The notes: generated from the sequence alone by a model not told the origin. A stretch of 64,000 nucleotides of DNA from Candidatus Woesearchaeota archaeon (GCA_018652625.1 JABIBT010000018.1:4566-68565); one strand, 5' to 3'. Numbered from the stretch's first letter, positions 30,460-40,265 are shown. Program-made: numbers and translations.

Positions 30460-31851
30460 TTATAAATATTTCCTAATCAACTCAGAAACAACCCTGCCTT
30501 CAACTTTTCCCCTATATTTATTCATAACAATTCCCATCAAAGCACCAACTGATAATTTTTTATTCTTCTCCACAATTGCTTTAATATCTTTTTCTAAATC
30601 TTTAAAATCAATTTGTTTATACTTGGACATGTCAATTTTCTTCTCTTGAGCAATATCAGTTAAAACTTCAAATGCACTTTCTTTGTTTAAATTCCCATTA
30701 TCCAAATTCTCTAAAACTAATATAAAATCATCTTTTGAGAAATAATAATCTAAATTAAATCTTTTTTTGATATCTTTAGGCATTTCAACTAAAACAGAAG
30801 CAATTAGATTCTTGTCTAAACTATATTCAAATTCATCTAAAAAAATTCCATCCTTAACTAAAATTCTTGCTAAATCCGGATTTACACCTTGTTTCTCTAA
30901 CTTCAAAACTTTTTCATCTAATAATTCAGGAAGTTCAATACTTTTCAATAATTCTTTAGTAATCAAGATGGGTTTAACGTCAGTTTCTGGATACATTCTA
31001 GCAGCTCCAGGCATCGGTCTCAAAAATGATGTAGAAAAATCAGATTCAGCTTTCCTAACTTCTTTTTTAACATTTCCCTTACTTTGTCTTTTAACTTCAT
31101 TCTCAATAATCTTAATCATACTTCTTAAATCTTGAAAACCTTTTATTTCAACTCTATTTCCATTTTTAATAGAAACATTAACATCTTGCCTGATAGTTCC
31201 TAAACCTCTTTTAACTTTGGCAGTACTACGTAAAATCATTCCTAATTTCTCTGCTGTTTCTTTTGCATGCTCAGGATCTTTAATATCTGGATCCGTAGCA
31301 ATCTCAATTAAAGGAATTCCCAATCTATCTAATCTAAAAGTAACTGAGTTTTTATCATCTTTAATTCTTCTTGCTGCATCTTCTTCAACAGCAACAGAAG
31401 CAATTCCAACTTTTCCTTTTGAAGTTCCTAAATAACCACCATAACCAACTAAAGCCGTCCTCTGAAAACCAGATGTATTAGAACCATCAACAACAACTTT
31501 CCTCATAACTTGGATTTCATCAACTAACTTACATTTTAACAATAAACAAACCTGTAAAACAATCTCTAAAGCGTCTTCATTCATATCGTGTGGCGGCTCT
31601 TCATCATATTCAACAGAACAATTACTATCCTTATATCCTTGATAAATAAATTCTTTATCTTTACTAGTTTCATACTCTGCAGCAACATCTTTCTTTCCAG
31701 ATTCTCCTTCCGAAGATCTTAATTTTCTTTTAATTAAAATATCTGGCTTTTCATCTCTAAGAATAGAAGGACAAGAACAAAATAGTTTATTAGTTTCTAA
31801 TTGCTGATGTATCTCCAAACCAGCCTTAAACTTAAGTTTCTTATAATCCAT
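30460..31851 (-). CDS. gatE: Glutamyl-tRNA(Gln) amidotransferase subunit E (short form)
   Basis: GLEIHQQL, VMRKVVVDGSNTSGFQRT, LDRLGIPLIEI, RPMPGAARMYPETD. Confidence 0.95.
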   Translation of the reverse strand: MDYKKLKFKAGLEIHQQLETNKLFCSCPSILRDEKPDILIKRKLRSSEGESGKKDVAAEYETSKDKEFIYQGYKDSNCSVEYDEEPPHDMNEDALEIVLQVCLLLKCKLVDEIQVMRKVVVDGSNTSGFQRTALVGYGGYLGTSKGKVGIASVAVEEDAARRIKDDKNSVTFRLDRLGIPLIEIATDPDIKDPEHAKETAEKLGMILRSTAKVKRGLGTIRQDVNVSIKNGNRVEIKGFQDLRSMIKIIENEVKRQSKGNVKKEVRKAESDFSTSFLRPMPGAARMYPETDVKPILITKELLKSIELPELLDEKVLKLEKQGVNPDLARILVKDGIFLDEFEYSLDKNLIASVLVEMPKDIKKRFNLDYYFSKDDFILVLENLDNGNLNKESAFEVLTDIAQEKKIDMSKYKQIDFKDLEKDIKAIVEKNKKLSVGALMGIVMNKYRGKVEGRVVSELIRKYL

Positions 31852-31893
31852 TAATTAAAAATATATTAAGTAACTTTTAAAACTAACTGTTCT

Positions 31894-32499
31894 CTAAAAA
31901 AAAGAACTAAAAAAAGGTTGTTTTATTTTATCTACAGCTTCTACACCTACTTCCCAGGACATTGCCTCTTCATAGAAAACGGCTTCAGAAGACATAGGAT
32001 CTCCCCAATCTTCATTCATATGAATCCAATCATTTCCACCATAGCAATAGAACTTTGTAATCTCTCCTCCATGTCCCCACCAATCAAAAATATATACTCT
32101 AAATTTTAAGGTATCTTGATTCCAACATTCAGGAAAGTCAGACATACTATAATTTACATACGCCGGGGTTCCATAATCTGGATGAGATCCACCTTTCAAT
32201 TGCCATTTACTAGAGCTCAAAGCACCAGTGGGTTTTTCATAATCTAAATAAAGAGTCATTTCTGTTATCAATGGTCCGGGGGGGTAAGAATCTGGATCCA
32301 TGATTGAAAGTCTAATATTTGTATCCCAATCTCCATCCGTCATATTGTAACAATAACTCTCATTTCCAAAAGGATAAGTCTCACAATTTGAAAGATTTGC
32401 ATCTTCTTGATATATTGATTCAGTATTTCCTAAAGAATAAACAAAACTACTCATAGAAACAAACAGAACCAATAAAAAAATAATTGATTTATATTTCAT
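31894..32499 (-). CDS. Secreted hypothetical protein
   Basis: Signal peptide; aromatic-rich beta-type domain. Confidence 0.65.
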   Translation of the reverse strand: MKYKSIIFLLVLFVSMSSFVYSLGNTESIYQEDANLSNCETYPFGNESYCYNMTDGDWDTNIRLSIMDPDSYPPGPLITEMTLYLDYEKPTGALSSSKWQLKGGSHPDYGTPAYVNYSMSDFPECWNQDTLKFRVYIFDWWGHGGEITKFYCYGGNDWIHMNEDWGDPMSSEAVFYEEAMSWEVGVEAVDKIKQPFFSSFF

Positions 32500-32561
32500 C
32501 TTAAATAGGGGAGTGTACAGCTACTTAAAAAACTAACTAAAAAAAGAGACAAGAGGAATGA

Positions 32562-32981
32562 TTACCTCTCATAAGGACCATTTCCAGAAGCAAATCCTCT
32601 TCCAGATGAACCTTTCTGTCTCATTTTATTACCAAAGCCAGTTCCATCTTTTGGACCTTCTCCATTATGTAGACCTAACTCTGCTCTTAGCCTAGTCGCA
32701 GTTTCATAATCTCCATTTTCTGCTGCTTCATGAGCCAATACAAATGTTTCAAAATTTTCTTCTGAGACAACATCTAAAACTCTAGGATTTCTCCCACTTT
32801 CAGACATTAGTTCTATCCATGCATCATAATCTAAGGAATCAAATACTTCCTCCATTTCTGCATGTCTGTCTTCAGAATAGTTTGGACCTTCTTTTGTATA
32901 ATCTCCTTGGTATGCGCTAACAAATCCTGTCATTGCAATTAAACCAATCAAAAACACAACCGCAATATTTGTTTTTTTCAT
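32562..32981 (-). CDS. Secreted hypothetical protein with Gly-rich tail
   Basis: GGAGGT SD; signal peptide ending VSA; acidic helical body. Confidence 0.7.
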   Translation of the reverse strand: MKKTNIAVVFLIGLIAMTGFVSAYQGDYTKEGPNYSEDRHAEMEEVFDSLDYDAWIELMSESGRNPRVLDVVSEENFETFVLAHEAAENGDYETATRLRAELGLHNGEGPKDGTGFGNKMRQKGSSGRGFASGNGPYER

Positions 32982-33038
32982 TTTTCTTTTACCTCCTTAA
33001 TTTTTATTTAGTATGATATAAATTCTTTATAAGTCGGG

Positions 33039-33053
33039 TGGACCTAAAGTCCA
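33039..33053. promoter_or_regulatory. Palindromic operator candidate TGGAC-N5-GTCCA
   Basis: Perfect 5-bp inverted repeat between divergent genes, next to a membrane protein/wHTH pair. Confidence 0.45.
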
Positions 33054-33103
33054 TGCTATTTAAAAACGCTTAAATAACCATTTTATACACTAAGATTTGT
33101 AAA

Positions 33104-33781
33104 ATGCAACAGCAATTAATGGGCAGAATGGTCCAAATGGGATTAGGGGCAGAGTTAATCTACGCATTCATAATTATAATAAGTAGTTTAATGATTTATT
33201 TTGGTACAAAAGAATTGTACGAACTAACTAAATACAAAGGAATAAAATATTTCCGAGAAGCATTTCTGTTATTTGCAATCGCATTCTTCTTTAGATCTTT
33301 TATAAAATCCATAATGATTCTTTTCGGGTTAAGTAGGCCCCATGATTTTCAATTGTTAGGAATAGTTTCTTTATTCATATTTTTGTATACAATCACTCTT
33401 GCTATGTTTTATTTACTCTATAGCATAATGTGGAAAAAATGGAGAAAATCTCCAAAAATAATTTACTTATTTCATATTTTGGCAATCTTAATAGCTATTT
33501 TGAGTTTAATCACAGGGAATATCACGATAATTTTGTTGGTAAATATATTGCTCTTAATCTTGATTTTAAGTATAACTTACATCGCTCATAAAAATCCAAG
33601 AAAGAAAGGACAGAGTATACACTTAATTTATGTTTTATTATCTCTCTTTTTAATTTTAAATGTTATAGATATACTAATACCAAATTTCTTACAGTTATAT
33701 CAATTAATGATATATTTGCTTTCCATAGGAATATTTTTGTTAATTTTTTACAAAGTACTTAAAAAATCTGGTTCGGACTAA
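33104..33781 (+). CDS. Polytopic (about 7 TM) membrane protein
   Basis: Continuous hydrophobic helices; KGIKYFR loop. Confidence 0.7.
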   Translation: MQQQLMGRMVQMGLGAELIYAFIIIISSLMIYFGTKELYELTKYKGIKYFREAFLLFAIAFFFRSFIKSIMILFGLSRPHDFQLLGIVSLFIFLYTITLAMFYLLYSIMWKKWRKSPKIIYLFHILAILIAILSLITGNITIILLVNILLLILILSITYIAHKNPRKKGQSIHLIYVLLSLFLILNVIDILIPNFLQLYQLMIYLLSIGIFLLIFYKVLKKSGSD

Positions 33782-33782
33782 A

Positions 33783-34046
33783 ATGAAAAAAAGAAGTAAA
33801 TTTGAAATCATGAAAGATATTTTACAAACAGTTCAGAATAATCCAGATATAAAAACAACACCATTGTTAAGAAAATCTAACTTATCTACTTTAAGATTCA
33901 AACAATATTATGAAGATTTATTAAAAAAAGAACTAATAAAAGAAACCGAAAATAAAGGAAAGTTTGTTAATTTAACAGAAAAAGGTTTTAGATTCTTAGA
34001 TAAATATAAAACAATTTTAAACTTTATTGACGAGTTTGATCTGTGA
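33783..34046 (+). CDS. Archaeal winged-HTH regulator
   Basis: KRSKFEIMKDIL...T-x-LLRKSNLS...LTEKG. Confidence 0.8.
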   Translation: MKKRSKFEIMKDILQTVQNNPDIKTTPLLRKSNLSTLRFKQYYEDLLKKELIKETENKGKFVNLTEKGFRFLDKYKTILNFIDEFDL

Positions 34047-35016
34047 TTTCAGTCTCAACGTTCTCTAAATTGAAATAACCACTTGAGAAATTATAAGCAC
34101 CAGCATTCAAAAAAACAATCTTATCCCCAACCCTAACTTCTTTATCAAAATAAACTTTATATCTAAATATATCCAAAGAATCAGGAGTTATTCCTTTAAT
34201 TGTATAACAAAAACCTTTTTCTCTTTCATCTTCAACTAACAATCTAATATTAGCAACGAAAGTATCCATTGCAGAATTATATACAGAAGCATCCACAATT
34301 ATATTATTATCATAAACATTAACAACTTCAGTTTCTAACCTTATTGAAGGAGCCGCAATAAACCTACCTGGCTCAATTATCATCTTAATCTTTTTAGCAT
34401 TCAAAAACTCTCTTAATTCTTTAATCTTAGTAAAAATATGTTCTGAGACCTCTTTCCTAAAATTCTTATACTCTGCAGGAATTCCGCCCCCAATATTAAC
34501 TAAATCTAATAAAGAAAAATCTTCAATAGAATCTTCTAACTCTTCTTTCAAATTCCACTCTGAAACATTTTGAGTCTTTCTATGGAAATGTATTCCTAAT
34601 TGCTTTATATTTTTATTATTCCTTAATTTTGGAAGTAGGTTATTTATTTCTTTACTTGAAAAACCAAAAACAAAATGCTTCCCTGTATGAATTGTATGTT
34701 CTCTCAATCTAAACCTTAATAATAAGTTTATTTTTCTATCTTCTTTTAACAATAAATTTAAATCATTAATATTATCCACAACAAAATTATCGACTTCTTT
34801 TGGAATTTCTTTATTTCCCTGTAGAAAAAACCAAACATTCTTAGAATTTACTTGTTTTAAATTATTAACAGAATGAATACTCAAAAAACAATTATCTTGT
34901 AAGATCTTTCCTATTTCTGGATTGCTCTTAAAAGAATATGAAATTTCATCAGCTAAGGATTTCATTATCTCCAACTGTTCGAATACTTGCTTTTTACTTA
35001 GTATAAATTTTGCCAT
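34024..35016 (-). CDS. PLP-dependent group IV (ornithine/diaminopimelate/arginine) decarboxylase
   Basis: YSFKSN (PLP Lys), HFH, NIGGG, EPGR, DSLD, GAY. Confidence 0.85.
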   Translation of the reverse strand: MAKFILSKKQVFEQLEIMKSLADEISYSFKSNPEIGKILQDNCFLSIHSVNNLKQVNSKNVWFFLQGNKEIPKEVDNFVVDNINDLNLLLKEDRKINLLLRFRLREHTIHTGKHFVFGFSSKEINNLLPKLRNNKNIKQLGIHFHRKTQNVSEWNLKEELEDSIEDFSLLDLVNIGGGIPAEYKNFRKEVSEHIFTKIKELREFLNAKKIKMIIEPGRFIAAPSIRLETEVVNVYDNNIIVDASVYNSAMDTFVANIRLLVEDEREKGFCYTIKGITPDSLDIFRYKVYFDKEVRVGDKIVFLNAGAYNFSSGYFNLENVETEITDQTRQ

Positions 35017-35066
35017 GATTTTAGAGTAAGCATAACCCTTTTAAAGATTGTTTTTGAGTTTAGATT

Positions 35067-35270
35067 ATGAAAAAATCAAAAAAAGACATGAAATGCAATG
35101 TCAAAGATCACGGTTGTGGAGGAGCATTATATTTCGTAGGATTTATTGGGGCAGCCGTTTATTACATCTCAACAGCAACTTCATTTTGGGGAGGAGTTTT
35201 GGGGGTAATAAAAGCAATTGTTTGGCCAGCATTTTTAGTATTTGAAGCAATGAAATTTTTCGTGATGTAA
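35067..35270 (+). CDS. Small membrane protein
   Basis: GGALYFVGFIGAAVYYI...FWGGVLGVIKAIVWP, protein-like two-TM pattern. Confidence 0.65.
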   Translation: MKKSKKDMKCNVKDHGCGGALYFVGFIGAAVYYISTATSFWGGVLGVIKAIVWPAFLVFEAMKFFVM

Positions 35271-35282
35271 ATAAAAACACAT

Positions 35283-35501
35283 TTAGATTGTAGTACTTGC
35301 TAAATACATTATCAGAAAGAAGATTATCCCAACTAAGTACCAATATTTTACAAGGAAAGAATTAAATTTTGGATATTTATTATAATTCTCTTTTATTAAT
35401 TTAACTTTTGAAGGATTTTTTATTCTATAAGATACAGCAAAACGCAAACCAAGAGCAAAAACCATTGCTAGAATCAAAGATTGCATAAATTCAAAAACCA
35501 T
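35283..35501 (-). CDS. Small two-TM membrane protein
   Basis: Hydrophobic ends; TATA about 25 nt upstream. Confidence 0.5.
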   Translation of the reverse strand: MVFEFMQSLILAMVFALGLRFAVSYRIKNPSKVKLIKENYNKYPKFNSFLVKYWYLVGIIFFLIMYLASTTI

Positions 35502-35537
35502 AACAACTTCTAATTTTATAACTATTTAAAACTTACT

Positions 35538-36035
35538 CTAAACAGAAACACAACAAATGTTAGGCGAAATAAAGCCTGTAACATCTCCTACATTTTTTTC
35601 ATCTTCTAAACAAGTATCTCCCCCAACTACATTAACTATTCTTCCACCAAAATTTTCACATTCTTCAGGAGTTAGAGAAGTTTCTTTTACTTCCCAATCT
35701 TCAAGAGTTACCTTAATCCTATCTTTGCCTTTTTCTATTTCAACCACAAAACAACCCGGGCATCTTGCAGAAACAACTTCAATGATTGTAATGCCTTTTT
35801 CATAACCTAAAAATTCAACTGCTATCTTTGCAGCATCTTTCTGATTTTCATTTAATTCCCATTCCCTTAAACAAGCGTTAACATCTTCATTATAACTATA
35901 TCCTGCTGGACCTAAACAACCATTTTCATCTCTTTCTCCACCAACCGGATTTACTTCAACTCTACGTTGGACAGTTAGTAATAAGCCTAGAATGATTAGT
36001 ATAAGTATAATAACAAAGATAGTTATTTTTTTCAT
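35538..36035 (-). CDS. Membrane-anchored disulfide-rich exported protein
   Basis: N-terminal TM, GGERDENGC-x3-AGY-x8-C-x-R-x-WE module, C-terminal Cys module. Confidence 0.7.
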   Translation of the reverse strand: MKKITIFVIILILIILGLLLTVQRRVEVNPVGGERDENGCLGPAGYSYNEDVNACLREWELNENQKDAAKIAVEFLGYEKGITIIEVVSARCPGCFVVEIEKGKDRIKVTLEDWEVKETSLTPEECENFGGRIVNVVGGDTCLEDEKNVGDVTGFISPNICCVSV

Positions 36036-36658
36036 AAATCAAACACCTCATAGTCCGTTAAAAGTTTAGTTATTCTTGAATCGGCACAGCTCCCAAAACA
36101 ATCTTCCTCAGTCACACAATGGGAAGTCTCACATTCAATTATCCTAGGTTTAATATTACAATTTTCTTCCACCCAGCCAGTATTAACATATAATCCACGA
36201 ACTTCTTCCCCATTAATCATAAAATACTCATATTCCCTTCTAGCAACCTCTCCAGTAGAAATATCACCATTAAGGTAGGTTACATATCCTCTGTCTTTTA
36301 TCCATTCTTCCGGACAAATTTTTAAATTAGTATATTCAACATCACAACAACAAAGTTTATCTTGTTCTATACAATCCCTTGTTGACCCTCCTGCCCGCGA
36401 TACTTGATTTTTCAAAAGTCCGCACTGCCTTAAACTACAATGCTCCCCAGAAAACTGCTTATTTTCTTCTTGAGACCAAATAGTTTTTGTACACATCTGT
36501 TCACAAGTCAAATCGCCCACCTCGTAGCAAGTATCTGGATCATCTATTAGTTTTATACATTCAGCAGATGAGGGATTGTGGATTTGAGTACAACTAGAAA
36601 TAAAAGTCAAAATAACTATAAAAAAAATCATTACTCTATATTTTCTATACATTTTCAT
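36032..36658 (-). CDS. Cys-rich putative lipoprotein
   Basis: Lipobox-like FISSC; many Cys; CPEEWI...WVEENC module. Confidence 0.65.
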   Translation of the reverse strand: MKMYRKYRVMIFFIVILTFISSCTQIHNPSSAECIKLIDDPDTCYEVGDLTCEQMCTKTIWSQEENKQFSGEHCSLRQCGLLKNQVSRAGGSTRDCIEQDKLCCCDVEYTNLKICPEEWIKDRGYVTYLNGDISTGEVARREYEYFMINGEEVRGLYVNTGWVEENCNIKPRIIECETSHCVTEEDCFGSCADSRITKLLTDYEVFDL

Positions 36659-36706
36659 AACTAAATCAAATAAAACTAATATAAAAAGATTTGCAAGACT
36701 TTAAAC

Positions 36707-36883
36707 TTATTTCTTCGAATAAATCATGTATTCAATTATTAATGTAAATACTGGAAACAAAACACTCAAAAGAATTGAACTATCTTTTCCAATGCTTGTA
36801 GTTTCTAACAAAAAGAATACTATTAAACCTAAGGTTATTGCTTGCAAGATTCCAAATATCCAAAATATATTTTTATTTGTCAT
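36707..36883 (-). CDS. Small two-TM membrane protein (58 aa, not in ORF track)
   Basis: Hand translation MTNKNIFWIFGILQAITLG...LIIEYMIYSKK; ATGA overlap with upstream gene. Confidence 0.6.
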   Translation of the reverse strand: MTNKNIFWIFGILQAITLGLIVFFLLETTSIGKDSSILLSVLFPVFTLIIEYMIYSKK

Positions 36884-37038
36884 TTTTTTCCTTTCTTAAA
36901 AAAGGTTTTTTGTATTAAGGGATTCAGATTATAACCTAATCCAAATCCAATAAACAGCATTCCAATAAGCTTATTGCTACCTAATAGGGCGATTCCCACT
37001 ACAACCAAACCCGCTCCCAATGTGTCTTGTATTTTCAT
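36880..37038 (-). CDS. Small two-TM membrane protein (52 aa, not in ORF track)
   Basis: Hand translation MKIQDTLGAGLVVVGIALLG...KKGKK; ATGA overlaps at both ends. Confidence 0.6.
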   Translation of the reverse strand: MKIQDTLGAGLVVVGIALLGSNKLIGMLFIGFGLGYNLNPLIQKTFFKKGKK

Positions 37039-37202
37039 TTTTCAGAAAAACCTCTCCAAAAAAGAATCCCTATAACAATTCCAATAAAAAATAAAAGTAA
37101 TGGTCCTGGTTGACGTTTAGATAATAATAATCCGGTAATTGCTATCGCCGGTGCTATTCCATACATAGCTTTCTTTGGGATTGTTATACTATTTTTTGCC
37201 AT
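37035..37202 (-). CDS. Small two-TM membrane protein (55 aa, not in ORF track)
   Basis: Hand translation MAKNSITIPKKAMYGIAPAIAITG...FWRGFSEK; starts 1 nt after the YbjQ stop. Confidence 0.6.
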   Translation of the reverse strand: MAKNSITIPKKAMYGIAPAIAITGLLLSKRQPGPLLLFFIGIVIGILFWRGFSEK

Positions 37203-37203
37203 T

Positions 37204-37530
37204 TTATTTCTTTTTCAACTTCACAGCAGTACCAAAAGCTAACATTTCAGAAGCACCTTGCAAAATCATGGAAGTCATAAACCTAGCTCCAATAATTGCA
37301 TCTGCACCAAGATCAATAGCTTGATTCACCATTCTGTTAAAAGCTTCATCTCTAGCATTATTTGCCATATCAGTATAAGTTTTTATTTCTCCACCAACAA
37401 GATTCTTAAAACTAGCACCAATATCTCTACCAACATTTCTTGCTCTTACAGTACTTCCTCTAACCACTCCTAAAATCTCTCCAACGTCATTATTAGGAAC
37501 TTCATTCCCGGTTGTAACAATTATTTTCAT
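37204..37530 (-). CDS. YbjQ/UPF0145 family protein
   Basis: GVVRGSTVRARNVGRDI...GGEI...GADAIIG...AFGTAV. Confidence 0.9.
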   Translation of the reverse strand: MKIIVTTGNEVPNNDVGEILGVVRGSTVRARNVGRDIGASFKNLVGGEIKTYTDMANNARDEAFNRMVNQAIDLGADAIIGARFMTSMILQGASEMLAFGTAVKLKKK

Positions 37531-37727
37531 TTTTTTGCCCCCTTAATTTGTTCAATTTTATCTTCTTTATTATTGAATATTAACCAAATCCCTACGATTA
37601 ATGAAGGAACTCCATACATCAAAGTAACCCATTGACTCTCATCAATATAAAAAGAAAGAATTATTAAGAAAATTCCTAAAATTATTAATCCAATACCCGA
37701 CAATATCCTACTTGTTAAATTTGACAT
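37527..37727 (-). CDS. Small two-TM membrane protein
   Basis: Two TM helices, C-terminal EDKIEQIK; first gene of a coupled operon. Confidence 0.65.
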   Translation of the reverse strand: MSNLTSRILSGIGLIILGIFLIILSFYIDESQWVTLMYGVPSLIVGIWLIFNNKEDKIEQIKGAKK

Positions 37728-37804
37728 AAATATCTTAATAAGGAGAAGTTTTTAAACCTTTTCTTAACAAAAACATATTTAAACAATCCTTCTTTACCTT
37801 AACC

Positions 37805-37915
37805 ATGAAAATAACAAAATTCGCTCAATCTTGCATTTTACTAGAAACAAAAGGAAAAAGAAAAGAGTTAAATATAAAAAGCCTTCCGAAAAAATGTCAG
37901 CTCGACGGCGTTTGA
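37805..37915 (+). pseudogene. 5' fragment of an MBL-fold metallo-hydrolase
   Basis: MKITKFAQSCILLETKGKR resembles the N-terminus of MBL hydrolases, then breaks before the expected IDP; TATA (TTTAAA) upstream. Confidence 0.55.
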
Positions 37916-37924
37916 GTCTACAAC

Positions 37925-38200
37925 CTAACCTTCTTGTAATCTCTTAATAGGTCTATACCCATCAAAAGAATTCAAATTTTTTAAGTCTGCATAAATCTTT
38001 CCATCTAAGTCTCTAGTTTGACAGGCCACTAAAAAATTCTCTCCACTATCTAAATAATTAAAGACTACACCACCCACATATAACGGAAAAAATAATCTCC
38101 CACTTCTAACTTCTCCTAATTCAAAGGGGTCAAAATCTGCATCAATTGTTTCCCCCTCCAATCTTGGTAAGTGTGCCACATCCTCTAATGTAATTGCCAT
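37925..38200 (-). CDS. Hypothetical protein (paralog of 41784-42191)
   Basis: Shares HLP-x-L-(D/E)-G, YV-x-G, LV-x-CQ-x5-G-x-IY and D-x-YR with 41784-42191. Confidence 0.6.
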   Translation of the reverse strand: MAITLEDVAHLPRLEGETIDADFDPFELGEVRSGRLFFPLYVGGVVFNYLDSGENFLVACQTRDLDGKIYADLKNLNSFDGYRPIKRLQEG

Positions 38201-38239
38201 GTATTTCGAGAATTATCAATCGTTTTTAAAGCTAACGAT

Positions 38240-38953
38240 TTACTCCAACAACCCCTCAGAACTCAACTCCTCCAAAACACTAACCATCACCAAAGGAAAA
38301 GTAACACTAACATCACCAATAACAGTAACAGCATCCGAATCATCTTTAATCTTACCCCAACTTTTAGCTTCATTAGTCGAAGCACCAGACATAGAACCAG
38401 AGTAAGAACTAGCAGTTGTCATATAAACAGCATAATCCAATCCACCATTCAACAAACAAGCCAAAATAGCATGATGCTTACTAATACTCCCTCCTAAAGA
38501 TATCAAACCTTTCTTCTCATCCTGTGAAGTACTAAACAATATATTACTAAAATCCTTAACTACATCAACTATAAAATCAGAATGATCCTGCTGAAACATA
38601 AACAAATGAAAACCAAAAGCCCCATCAGTCACAGCCGGACAAAATATTGGAACTTTCTTCTTAGCAGCCTGAAATAAGATAGAATCCTCATCCTCTAACT
38701 TTAAACCTATTTCATTAAATATCTCAGAAGGAGTAACTCTCTTTTTAGAAGAATAAATATCTTTCAAATAAGGTTTCATCAAATCTTCAAACTTAGCATA
38801 AGATTCTGTTCTAATAAACAAATTTCCAACCCTATTAACTCCTTTTTCATATAATTCAACATCATCCTCTGAAAAGCTTCCTATTACGAAGTCTTCATTA
38901 TGAGCTTTCATAATATCTTCTTCCAAACCACCAACAGTCGTAACAACAACAAC
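38240..38953 (-). pseudogene. 5'-truncated duplicate of deoxyhypusine synthase
   Basis: Near-identical protein to about residues 78-313 of the 39284-40225 product; lacks the N-terminal region; begins right after the upstream stop with no promoter space. Confidence 0.8.
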
Positions 38954-38955
38954 AA

Positions 38956-39267
38956 TTAGCCAAAGTTTAACAAAATGAGCGAGAAAAAACCTATAAGTAA
39001 ATACCTAGCAATAAGGTATCCTAAAATCAAGCTTACTGCCACTAAAATAATTTTTTTTGGAGTACCACTAATACCCACTTTTATATAACTCAATATGCCA
39101 TAGAATACCAAAGCCAAACCAATAAATGGAACACCAATAATCCAATACTTAACCAAACCATTAATTAAAGGAGACTGAAAAATCCATGGCCCAACTAACC
39201 AAATAGCAACAAAACTAAAAACAAGAACTATTACTCCCCATAAAATAAATTTATTATTTGTATTCAT
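38956..39267 (-). CDS. Three-TM membrane protein (paralog of 40266-40532)
   Basis: N-x-x-x-x-WGV start and G-x-x-x-VFYG-x-L shared with 40266-40532. Confidence 0.65.
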   Translation of the reverse strand: MNTNNKFILWGVIVLVFSFVAIWLVGPWIFQSPLINGLVKYWIIGVPFIGLALVFYGILSYIKVGISGTPKKIILVAVSLILGYLIARYLLIGFFSLILLNFG

Positions 39268-39283
39268 ACACTAATTATTTATT

Positions 39284-40225
39284 TTACTCCTTTAATAAAT
39301 TTTCCTTCTCCAACGCCTCAAGAACCGAAACCATTACCAAAGGAAAAGTCACAGAAACATCACCAATTACAGTTACAGCATCCGAATCATCCTTTATCTT
39401 TCCCCACGACTTAGCTTCATTTGTCGAAGCCCCAGACATAGAACCACTAGAACTAGAAGCAGTTGTCATATAAACAGCATAATCCAATCCACCATTCAAC
39501 AAACAAGCCAAAATAGCATGATGCTTACTAATACTCCCCCCTAAAGATATCAAACCTTTCTTCTCATCCTGTGAAGTACTAAACAATATATTAGAAAAAT
39601 CCTTAACCACATCAACTACAAAATCAGAATGATCCTGCTGAAACATAAACAAATGAAAACCAAAAGCCCCATCAGTCACAGCCGGACAAAATATTGGAAC
39701 TTTCTTCTTAGCAGCCTGAAATAATATTGAATCCTCATCATCTAACTTTAAACCTATTTCATTAAATATCTCAGAAGGAGTAACCCTTTTCTTCTTAGAA
39801 TAAATATCTTTCAAATAAGGTTTCATCAAATCCTCAAACTTTGCATAAGATTCTGACCTAATAAACAAATTTCCAACCCTATTTACTCCTTTTTCATATA
39901 ATTCAACATCATTACTATTAAAATCACCAATTACAAAATCCTCCTTATGGGCCTTCATGATATCTTCCTCAATACCGCCTACAGTAGTTACAACAACATC
40001 AACCAAACCTAATTTTATCAACTGCGCAAAAAACCCACGTAAACCAGAAGTAACCATATTCGAAGTAAAAGTCAAATAAATCTTACAACCATCTTTTTTC
40101 ATTTTAATTATAGTCTCCTTAGCCCTCTCCAAATGAATTGCTTGAAAACCAACTTTACCTAGAGAATTAACTAACGTAGCTACATCCATTCCTTTCTTCC
40201 ACTTCAAATCTTTAACTAAATCCAT
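39284..40225 (-). CDS. dhs: Deoxyhypusine synthase
   Basis: FTSNMVTSGLR, EEDIMK, NRVGN, PAVTDG, GSMSGA...EAKSWGK. Confidence 0.93.
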   Translation of the reverse strand: MDLVKDLKWKKGMDVATLVNSLGKVGFQAIHLERAKETIIKMKKDGCKIYLTFTSNMVTSGLRGFFAQLIKLGLVDVVVTTVGGIEEDIMKAHKEDFVIGDFNSNDVELYEKGVNRVGNLFIRSESYAKFEDLMKPYLKDIYSKKKRVTPSEIFNEIGLKLDDEDSILFQAAKKKVPIFCPAVTDGAFGFHLFMFQQDHSDFVVDVVKDFSNILFSTSQDEKKGLISLGGSISKHHAILACLLNGGLDYAVYMTTASSSSGSMSGASTNEAKSWGKIKDDSDAVTVIGDVSVTFPLVMVSVLEALEKENLLKE

Positions 40226-40265
40226 TAAAAAAGAAGAAAAGAACTAATTTTTAAACCTTTCCTTG

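Noticed and set aside
38240..40225. dhs repeat as a DGR template/variable pair
   Set aside because: Differences are mostly synonymous and not restricted to adenines, and there is no reverse transcriptase in the window.
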